A stretch of 63,618 bases of DNA, the filler included, from Octopus bimaculoides (taxonomy: Eukaryota), in assembly GCF_001194135.2 (NCBI RefSeq). It is 3 parts of 3 records of this genome, joined end to end, with 100 filler letters (N's around TTAATTAATTAA, not from the genome) between each part and the next. Parts side by side here need not be neighbours in the genome. Positions count along the whole stretch, not along the records: positions 44,972 to 63,618 come from NC_069002.1; 2 more parts are not named here. The stretch is one strand, 5' to 3'. Shown here piece by piece: positions 53,130 through 63,618 of this stretch; positions within the stretch are counted from its first letter, which is position 1; every line of letters starts with the position of its first letter. The translations under genes were made by a program, and so were the position numbers. The notes under the pieces were generated by a model. It did not search any database, had not been told where the DNA came from, and saw only the letters and a list, made by a program, of their open reading frames with translations.

Positions 53130-53700
53130 AGGAGGGTTAAAGGAGTAAAAATTACTTGTAAAAACTAAGTTAATATTATTAGCAAAGTTTACTTCGATAA
53201 TCACGTTCTACATATGTTGGTGCAAGGGTTTTACAAGAGATAAAATAGAATGTTATATTGTACAGTAATTTATACGTCATAGAGCAGAGAGAAGAGAATA
53301 TTTATATGTTTTGGATTCATCTTACGATGAACGTATACAAGTGAACTAGGAATGCTTTCAGAATCTTAGATATGTCTAAGAAAGTTTAAGAAAACAAATG
53401 AAATTCCTAGACGTAGAATAATGCCACTGATATCACTGGAAACCGGATAAATAACTCCTATCTTTGCTGAATAAAGTGATAGCAGTAAATGAATGATATG
53501 GATCTACGAAAGAACTATGAAATCAAATGAATAAGGTTAATTGAGCACAACGTATTGAACATCGTAGGAAGTAATGTTTATGTTAAGTTGAACTGAAAGT
53601 AATGTTTGAGTATATGTTGATAGATGGTATTGGTGTTCTAATTTGGGTTCAAAAATTAAGAGTGTTTAGATAACATATATCAAGCGAGATAAGTCTACCA
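53130..53700 (-). pseudogene. Highly eroded Penelope-like RT (palm/thumb region)
   Basis: Minus strand HFIQQR*ELFIRFPVISVALFYV*EFHLFS*TFLDIS (TFLDIS at 53385-53368) parallels PLE EL..FI.F...FHPAL.FTWE......FLDI. The boundaries are approximate. Confidence 0.5.
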
Positions 53701-53910
53701 TACCTTTTTACATATAAAGGTATAATTAACATGTATCGCTTGATTTGTTTGAGGAACTAATAGGTTAAAAGGTGAGTTGTCAACGTTATATAAATTAGTA
53801 TATTTTACCGGAAGGAAGTAAATACGTGTTGCTGCCAATGTTTACATCTGTATGAGTTTTCGATGAACGTGTTCACCAATTTATGTCTTGCGGTTAAGCT
53901 GGTTCCTATG

Positions 53911-54002
53911 TATTTTCCTGAAGAGAAGATTACATCCTTATCAACATCACCTATTCCTTTGGAAGGTACAATTTGTAATCTTCGAAACATATGTTGGAAA
54001 TA
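53911..54002 (+). ncRNA. Type I hammerhead ribozyme (family 2), apparently intact
   Basis: Stem I TATTTTC/GGAAATA (7 bp, one G-U). CTGAAGA at 53918-53924. Perfect 10-bp stem II GAAGATTACA/TGTAATCTTC with G10.1-C11.1. GAAA at 53984-53987, palindrome ACATATGT, GUU triplet at 53993-53995. Confidence 0.85.
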
Positions 54003-54047
54003 AAAGAATTCATTTAACATATGCGTTTTACTCCATTTACTAAATTT

Positions 54048-54260
<213 letters not shown>

Positions 54261-56296
54261 TACATATGTATATTTTTGTGTCTGTGTATTCTGCGTATGT
54301 ATGTGTATGTATACTTATATATGTATATGTATGTGTTGGTATGTATATATATATAGATAGATTCATGTATATGTGTATGTGTATATAGTTGTATATATGT
54401 GTGTATGTATGTGTATGTATATATATTTATTTATATTTATATACGTCTTATGTGAATACGTACTTTTTGATTTTGTATCTTTCATCACACTTGCACCCCA
54501 TATGTGTATGTTTGAGTGTATGCACATATTTGTGTGTGTATATGTGTGTTGTATATGTGTGACTAGATGTATATGTGTATGCCTGTATATCATTATGTGT
54601 TAAGTGTATACGTTTTTTCTATCACTTGTAATTTTATAATAATTGTTTCCTTCATATATTCGGTTTTGTGAAATACTGGAGGTGAAAGTGCATCCAAGAA
54701 ATTGACTTCATCAGATTCACCAAAAGGTATCTCTGACATAATGAAATTAAAACATATTTCACTGTCACATACAGCTCGCGTTTCCTTTGCCGTTCAGTGT
54801 ATTTTAACAAGCGGATTCTATGTTCTTTCCGTTATAAGAAGTGAGACAATTCAAAATATTAAAATAATTCATTTTCTTTTGGAACATTGAATCATGAATC
54901 AGATAAAGCTATAACTAATGTGATATTAATAATTGGATAAAAGCCTTTGGATAGAAATGCCGAAGGATGCCCGTGACTTGAACCCATATCTCTTGTAACC
55001 TTTGTGGACAGAGATCCCAAGTGAAGGCTCCTGGCATTAAATAAAGTGTTAGCATTTACGATACGCAAATCAATTGCTCCAGTTTCCTACATTAAGTGAA
55101 GATGTTCAGTATATAAATAGATTGGCAGTTTATTTCACTGGGATGGTAAAATTAATGTAGATTCGAAAATCGATTAAGATTGTTGATCATTTTCTTCAGT
55201 CAACGTAGGAAGAGTTAAATTAGGCCTGTTTATACATCTACTATATGCTATATAGGTTACATATAGAGTAATCTATCGACTGGCAGTTACGTTCCAAAAC
55301 CTTCCTCAGAAATAATCAAAATCTAAAAATTATAAATACCTATCGGCCGCAGTAGGCCGCGACATATTGTGGTGTCCACAATATAAATTTACATATATTA
55401 GCTAGAAAAATCCGTGATGTACAGAGTGCACAATAGGTGAACTGCGATTTGTCGAAGGAAAGGATTATTGTGTATAGGAATAAAATTATTCGTACTTTCA
55501 CACAAAAGGAAGTATCTCAACAAGTCAAATTAGAAATACGTCCCATTCGGCAGATACAGAATTGGGGCTTTTCCTTAGTCCTATATTAGTTTAGTACTTA
55601 TAATGTCTAATATCTCATGACGTAAATATAACATCGGGTGAGCCATTATAATGTGCTAAGCTGTCTACAAGAATGGCTGATTTATGTTTAACTGAAACGC
55701 AGCGTAACAACATTATCTTCAAAAAGCTATCACAGATATTAAACGCTACACTTCCTATGACTCATATCTCGGTGAATATACATTGCTGTGCTACATTCTA
55801 TACCAAGCCAAACAAATATTTCTAGCTTCCATTGAACATAAATGTACAGATAGTGGAATCGTTCCAAATTAGTGAAACGGCGCATTTAATCTCGACAGGT
55901 TTTGAATTTAAAACATAAGGCGAGATAATACATTAATGTAAGTCTGATGTTTATCGCTTGAAAGTCAACTACGTTTAACATCCAAATAACGTTATCAATA
56001 GAAATGATTCATCAAACATAAAGATTTATTACAAACATTTAGTTGATTTGTATGATTTTATTAAAAACACTTTTTTGTTTACTTTGTCAATATTTGTTTA
56101 AATCCCATGTGTGGATTTAGTATGTTATTGAATTGTTATCAGCCGTTTATGGCGAAGATAGAACATTTATCTTAGCAATTTTAATATTAATAAATCTCCA
56201 CATAAAACGATAATAAAATCTTAATATAATTAAAAAATAACGGCGCTAATACACGTACGCAATAACAGAAAGACATATGCAAACACGTGCACACAC

Positions 56297-56329
<33 letters not shown>

Positions 56330-57404
56330 NNNNNNNNNNNNNNNNNNNNNNNNNNNNNNNNNNNNNNNNNNNNNNNNNNNNNNNNNNNNNNNNNNNNNNN
56401 NNNNNNNNNNNNNNNNNNNNNNNNNNNNNNNNNNNNNNNNNNNNNNNNNNNNNNNNNNNNNNATATATAGTTGCTCCGTTATATGTGCGTGCAAGACTGC
56501 GCGTCAGCTTAAAAGGAAAATGAGATTTCCTGTCAACTGTCAGCGGAGTTGAAATAATTCCAGACAAGGCTATTGCAATCTGATTGAACGAAAGAATTTG
56601 CGTAAAATTCAGGTCGGTGAGGTTTTTTTACCAGTTTCACAAAATCTAGAGAGTAAAATATTTTCAAGGGTCATATATCAACAAATGTTGGTGTTTTATA
56701 TCAACGTTTTTTTTCTTGTTTTTTTTTTTCTTTCATCGTAATCGGGAGTGATTCATCATGGTAGACAATCATTTTACGTTACTGAATGTCACAGCTAGTT
56801 TCAAGATGAATCTTTCGACAGTAAAATCTAATTGCAGATTGACACTGGCGCACGTAGTCCGTATTGTGCAACTTCGGTACCAGCTGTAGAGTGTAGACAA
56901 TTTCCAATGAGGTTCTATACTTTGTTCTCCATATGAGATTTTTATTTTTTAAACTCATTTTTCTTGATTCAGGAGGATTTCTATTATGTTGTCCCCGTGA
57001 ATATGGCAAAGATACCAAATATAGGATAGCGAAGAACCACAGAAAATTGTTACCAAAGTGTTTTCTCTACTTCCCCGAAGAATCATATGGTGCAGCCTGT
57101 TCAGATTTGCTGGTCCAGCCTGCATCATATAACAAGCTGCATCTTCTTTCTTCATTCTCGATATATTACTGGTACTGACTTATTTTGTATGTCCCAAAAA
57201 TGTTGCTTAATAAATGCACTAGCCTTGTGGTCCTAGAATGTGTTTGGTCTCTAAACGTTGCACGAGAGCTATCTGTTGTATGAAAACCTGATTAAATTCC
57301 TTTCAAGAAACGTGCTTAAAAAGTAATTAACGGTTTCAAATACGATGGAAAAATATAAATTCTGTAAACTGATATAACATCATATCTATTTAAAGTACAC
57401 TGCC

Positions 57405-57592
57405 ATTAACGGGATTGGCACGTAAAAGCTCTCACTATATTCTCGGAGTGGTTGGTGTTAGGAAGGGCATCTACCTGTGGAAACCTTCCCAAATCAGACT
57501 TGAGCCTGGTGCAGCCTCCCGGCTTGCCAGTTCTCAGTCGAGCCGTACAACACATCCCAGCATGGAAAGCGGACGTTAAATGATGATGATAT
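57405..57592 (+). mobile_element. SINE-like 3' module, family D, with a (GAT)n tail
   Basis: ggttggtgttaggaagggcatc...ccagcatggaaagcggacgttaaatgatgatgat resembles a common cephalopod repeat from recall. Single copy here. Confidence 0.6.
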
Positions 57593-60500
57593 AATATATA
57601 TGTANNNNNNNNNNNNNNNNNNNNNNNNNNNNNNNNNNNNNNNATGGGAGAATATACAAATAATAACAACAGACGAGGACAGGTGGTGTAATGTCTGTGA
57701 GTGTGTTAAATCAATGTTATTTTTTTCAATTTTAAGAGTAACAAATCGCCATTTACTGCTGGTAGGATTCTATGCTGATATTTATGTCAAATATATTGGG
57801 AATTTCAAGCTGACTTGTGATTCTGTTTTGGTTTAACGGCTTCATCAACCAGTGTCTTTTATATAAAGGAAACCGTTGTACAAAGAATCGTATCTGTAAG
57901 ATGGTTGTGTAAGAATTTCAAAGAAATTAACCTCTTTATGCTGTTCAATGTAGAAACTAATCAATAAACTCTTTAAATATCAAAAAACAACTTATAAAGA
58001 TGAACCAGTAGAAATTAGTGAAATTAGGGGTGGTTGGTGGGGAACAGAATATTGGCCAATGTAAGACTGCTATAAGATTTTGGTTTGAAATTCACCGAGG
58101 TCCTATCGTTTGAGGTAATCATATAACCCTATTACATGTTGAAATATACGGTATTTACATGAAAACTATGTAATGTATCACTTTACATATCCTTGTAATA
58201 ACGTGTAGATATACCCTTTATAAACAAATTGAGCGCTTTAAATACGTTTATTTGATACGAAATTTTTGTGAGTATATTTATTGCATTGTTCTGAAGAGAG
58301 ACAATTACCCTTGGTTATGATAGCAATCTATAATAGAAGGAACCATGTCATCAAACTAACAAATGTATTTATCAAATATTATAACCAATCCATTGAAATT
58401 TTGGTGAGCTATTGTTACGTCTAAACGAATGCAACAGTGTTGTGTTGTTGCAATACCGCTTACGTCTATGCCTATTATGGCCTTACCTCAACTATTAAGA
58501 TTGCCGTCCAACGTAAAGTAGAACGTTTCATTTTTTTGCATTCCGAATATAGCGAATATTGCTTGAGTATTGCGCCTCTCACTTTCTCGCCTTCTCTCCC
58601 CACAGGCACACACATATCTCCCAACGAGGCTACATACTAAAAAATATTGCATTATCCACATTGATGTCAATATATTTCCTACGTCATTTCTAGAAAATTA
58701 TGTATTTGTTTCTATTTTTTGTGCATTTTTTAATATCTTACTTTACTAGTCCTTAATCCGTTGTTTTTGTTGTTTTGCTCTTAATTTCTTTTCAACTTTA
58801 TTCTTCCTCTCCATTTATCGATTCACTTTACTATTCAGTTATTTCTCACCTGATTCTCTTAAATTTCACTTTATATATCTTATTTTTATTGACAGATGCA
58901 TTTATTTAGCTGGAGCCGAAGATATTCAAAATGGCTGCTTTTTCACTCTATTCAACAATACATACAATGATGCTGTAGATGTAGATTTCTGAATATAAAT
59001 TCATTTCTAAAGTTTTCCGTGGGTTTCGTGTTGACACTGAAAGAAGGGAGAGAAGGTAGAGGCATTGAGGGAGATAACGGAAAAACTAAATATAAGATAT
59101 CTGGAAAAATATATACTTGCATCGTACTTATATTTATATAGATATTTTTAGAAAACTAAACTAGACTTCTATATATGAATTTCACACATAAACTGAAGTA
59201 TCGCGAAGTGATACACGTATATGTCGTTGCACATTTAAAAGTATAACTGCATTAGTTTCCCATCAAAGCATGTTGTAATTATCTCTTTATTAATGTTACC
59301 TGTGCGAGCCTTTCTAAACTTAAACCTACTTTCACTTGTCATATGATTGTTTATGTGTTGAAAGCGTTTACTATTCAGCTGGGATTTACTTTAGTTCTGA
59401 TTTACTTCGGATGATCAGGATTTCTTACCTTTATTCCTTACAAACAATATTGAATTTCTTCCAAAGTTTTACGACATTTTCATTGATTACTGTATTATGT
59501 CAACATCATTTTAACTTAATACTATTTTCAACATTCATATACAATCTACAATTTGCCACAAGGTTTCATCATAAAACTAAACATTATACACTACATTTAT
59601 GTATTGACATATTGTTAACTTGAAATTTATCTTTAGCTAAAAATTTCTGTCAATATAATTGGCACCATCCAGAGTGGAGTATTTTGTAAAATGGATGAAA
59701 CAGACAGAGAGATACATATACGAGATGTTTACCACAAACATATACAAAACACCGATTCTAATTAAAAATGAAACACTGGATACGAGTCATATTGTAAAAA
59801 GGAAAAGATAGTCTGGGGTAAAAAGCCTTTTGCCATAAGGGCTGAAATATGGTTGACCAATAAGAAACAACATAGCAGACTACACTTTTTTTTTACCATT
59901 TGAGTGAATTTTCCCCGTTTTAGTAAAGACGAAATTCAACGTATTGCCTAATATACCAGCAAGAAAATGAAACTTCATTGTTAAATGTTGGAAGAAACGT
60001 AGTTCATGATTTGGAAATTACCAAGAATTACTTCTCATTGGTATCAAACATAATTGTGTTCATAACGTTATAATTGAAGTTATATATNNNNNNNNNNNNN
60101 NNNNNNNNNNNNNNNNNNNNNNNNNNNNNNNNNNNNNNNNNNNNNNNNNNNNNNNNNNNNNNNNNNNNNNNNNNNNNNNNNNNNNNNNNNNNNNNNNNNN
60201 NNNNNNNNNNNNNNNNNNNNNNNNNNNNNNNNNNNNNNNNNNNNNNNNNNNNNNNNNNNNNNNNNNNNNNNNNNNNNNNNNNNNNNNNNNNNNNNNNNNN
60301 NNNNNNNNNNNNNNNNNNNNNNNNNNNNNNNNNNNNNNNNNNNNNNNNNNNNNNNNNNNNNNNNNNNNNNNNNNNNNNNNNNNNNNNNNNNNNNNNNNNN
60401 NNATATATATATATATATATATATATACGTATCTATCAGTTTGTATATATATACATATGTATACATAAATGTTTGAAAATTTATATATACAGTTAAAAAT

Positions 60501-61293
60501 ATATGTACATAAATACTTACGTTTATAGTAAATATTCTTGCATGTGCAGGTTTAATGTATAGATTCAATTGTTGGACATTTTGTATATATTTTTATTCAA
60601 ATCAATATTAAATGAAATTTGAGCAACGGAGACTATTTTCTTACTTTCATTATCCCCTTAAGTGCCTCTTGCGATCCACATCTTTTACAAAGGAGCAGCA
60701 AATGAAGAGGGAATCGCTCTTATGTACTATCATGCTTATAGAGAGAACAAGCAAGTCCTAACCAAATGCATTCGTAGTTTCTCAGTAAAGAGTAGAGCAT
60801 ATTAGTGAATGAAGTTTGGGTTATTCTATGCTTGAACCAATAGGTTCCGATAGGCGCTACTGGAATCACTTCGGTCATATTTTAATTTTAACAGTAATGA
60901 ACCAAAGAATAGATATATATGTTTCTTGACAAATTAAATTAATAGCCATATTTCGCCCACGTCATTCTCACATATGGGTAGCCAAAGACAAGCCTATCAG
61001 CGGATTGATGTACATTGGGTCCAATCTTGAACGACTATATGCAATAAATGATTAGATATATTTATCTGTACACTGAGAGGATTAAGTATACATCCATCAT
61101 ACGCTATTTGGATTAAAGTCTCTTCTCTTGACTCACAATAAGTTCGAAATAAAACTGAGTATTGTTTGAAAGTAAATCAATCCTATGTGGGTAATGGAAC
61201 TTTGTGTTTCAACCGAGATACTTTCAGTTGCTGTTAGGATGATGCATATTTTTCAACCCAATCAATCTCACTTCCTATATTGGTACCAATATT

Positions 61294-61426
61294 CCTGTCC
61301 ATAAGACGCACAGGACCTGATATTTGAGGGGAGGGGCTATTTGTTTGAATTGATCCCAATGTTCAATTGGTATTTATTTCATTGATTACGAAAGGATGAA
61401 AGATAAAGTCGACATCGGCGGAATGT
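61294..61426 (-). mobile_element. 5'-truncated SINE family A with a 14-bp target-site duplication
   Basis: ttggtaccaatatt at 61280-61293 and 61427-61440. The internal part matches family A. Confidence 0.8.
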
Positions 61427-62487
61427 TTGGTACCAATATTAACACTAGCATGTAAATTTATGCTATAATTCTTGTTCTAACACTAGCCCTGTTGCCTATC
61501 GTTGTGCCTGTTACATACAGACGCCAATGCACATGGCCTTGGAAAGCCTCTTAACACTAACATGTATAGGAATTTGAAGTATTCCTAATGTCAAACTATT
61601 TCTAAGGAACATTCTTTTAATATTGTTTTAGATATTTTGTCATGAAAAAAAAAGCCTGAAACAAAATCCTGATGTAAATATTGATTCCGAAATCAGTTTC
61701 TGTACGTTCATTTCTTATCTACGAAATATTTCAGGTCAGTCGTTTACAGTGTCGTCAACAATGGAATCGCTCCTTTCATTGGGATTTCCTCAAAGTTTGT
61801 AGAATCGAGAATATAACCTATTTTTCTCTGGCAAAGAGATATCTTTTCTGAAACAACATTCTTCGGAATATTCTTTTTGAGACAATGGTCGTGCTTTCCC
61901 ATTCATTCAAATTCAGTGCAGTTCATTGTCTTCAAAGTATTAAACAGTTTTTCAAATGGTGCAACTGAAGCAGCGAGCACTTTTACATAATGCCATGATA
62001 GCAGGAAACATGAAAGGTGAAAGTACTCCAACGTACCACGATTTATGCTCGCAAGCTTTTCTCTCTCGACATTTCTGCGCTGTTTATTTTCGTGGTTAAG
62101 AAGCCCGTTTCCTCCAAACACGTTGATTGTATTTAGTTCTATTGTGTGGTATGTAGAAACATTTTTTCACCATTATCCTAGGTCACCTAGTAGCTTGAGA
62201 ATTAATTTAGTGAACTGCATGGAAAGAGTTTGGATGTCCATTGCGTATATTTAAGTGTGTGTGTGTGTATGTGTGCGTGTGTGTATGTGCGTACGTGCGT
62301 GTGCGTGCGTGCGTGTGCGTACGTGTGTGTATGTGTGTGTGTGCGTGTGCGTACGTGTGTGTGTGTATGTGTATGCGCGTGTGTGTGAAAAAACTCCAAT
62401 GAAGTTGCTGTTTGTCCTCGTCGTAAAGACATATTATATAGTAAAATTGTTAAAAAGGTTTCATTGAGCTTGCAGTGAGAAGTGGAC

Positions 62488-62668
62488 AATCCAACGTTTT
62501 GGACAGAATCCTTCTCCAGGAAAACTTTGAAAGAAAGGAAATTAATGCGTGACAGTTTTATATCCTGTCATTGTTTTAACTCTGATGAGTTAAAACTCTT
62601 TCCTGACTTATTTATCTCCTTACAACTTTTCTCTGAATAAGGACATTCTGTCCGAAACGATGGTTTTT
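62488..62668. ncRNA. Divergent pair of degenerate minimal hammerhead motifs (family 3)
   Basis: Minus 62488-62524: CTGGAGA-AGGA ttctg TCC-AAAA-CG-TT-GGA. Plus 62626-62668: CTGAATA-AGGAC attct GTCC-GAAA-CG-AT-GG. The mutations fall at different sites. Confidence 0.5.
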
Positions 62669-62732
62669 CACTCTTTGCAAAAGTCTATTGTACTCGTATA
62701 TATGCATGTATGTATGTACGTACGTATGTATG

Positions 62733-62766
<34 letters not shown>

Positions 62767-63243
62767 TACATGTACAAAATGATTTCCAGGATTCAGGTGA
62801 ATCAGGTACTTAATTAGGTGAGGTCGGTTATAGCGCTATCGTGTAAATCAATATTTAAGGACAAATACGTACTCATTGAAATAAACACGGATTTGTACTC
62901 TGGTTGTGCGTACAATCACAAATGGCCGTCTGAATACGCAACGAGTGCTCAAGGTCACACATGGTTGAACTCACTGCACCGCACTTAGTTGACTGAATCC
63001 AACCTAATTGCAGGTTCTAAGTTTGGTGGATGATAAAAAGATAACAGTAAATGGATTGCGATCCACTACAGCTGCTTCAGATGTGTTTTTTTATTTGTCG
63101 ATGACTAGAACTGTTACATCATGCAAAAAATAATAATAAAACGTTTTTATTAGGTAAATACATGTAAGAATGAAACATCTTGAATATTTCAAAAACTAGT
63201 ACAAAGTGACATTTTGCTCTACAGATCGGTCAGTTGTATATGA

Positions 63244-63274
<31 letters not shown>

Positions 63275-63312
63275 TGTATATATGTATGTATGTATGTATG
63301 TGTGTATGTATG

Positions 63313-63618
63313 TACTTTCCTCAATAATCTTGCTAGATTGTCATAAAACTGTCCCACAGTTTCCTCAGAATGGGACATTGTTGGTGCATAAATACTGACA
63401 ACGGTAAGAAACCTACCTTTTATCAGTTTGATACGGCATGACATGATCCGGTCAGATATACCACTTGGAAGCTCTGCAATGGAGGACACTAATGTATTCT
63501 TGAGAGCAAACCCAACACCAGATTCTCTACGCTGACCCTTAGGTAGGCCTTTCCAGAAGATAGTATATCCATAAGCAGATTCCATTACTTGACCCTCACC
63601 AGAGAGACGAGTTTCAGA
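63313..63618 (-). mobile_element. RTE-clade LINE, apurinic-like endonuclease domain, cut by the window edge
   Basis: Open frame SETRLSGEGQVMESAYGYTIFWKG...SGVGFALK...SDRIMSCRI...TVVSIYAPT...FYDNL. It ends in an (ATGT)n array. Confidence 0.92.

Overview
This is AT-rich eukaryotic non-genic DNA (intergenic or intronic), full of microsatellites and broken by many N gaps. The SINE repertoire and microsatellite load look like an Octopus/cephalopod draft assembly (from recall, not a search). I cannot support any host exon, and nearly all ORFs in the track are microsatellite or gap artefacts. Recognisable content is transposon debris: four tRNA-derived or SINE-like families; non-LTR fragments (two R4/Dong 3' ends, a HERO-like element, an RTE endonuclease, a probable Tx1 3' end); Penelope-like (PLE) RT and GIY-YIG remnants; two mariner fossils; and two TA-flanked MITEs. 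The most interesting signal is a set of type I hammerhead ribozyme motifs of the PLE-associated kind, with a palindromic stem III. One looks fully intact at 53911-54002 (+). A three-copy family with a long stem II lies at 8301-8389, 44039-44126 and 44516-44603; two of these sit back-to-back in a ~182-bp inverted repeat. Several eroded hammerheads also occur. All folds and alignments were done by eye, and no activity has been shown.
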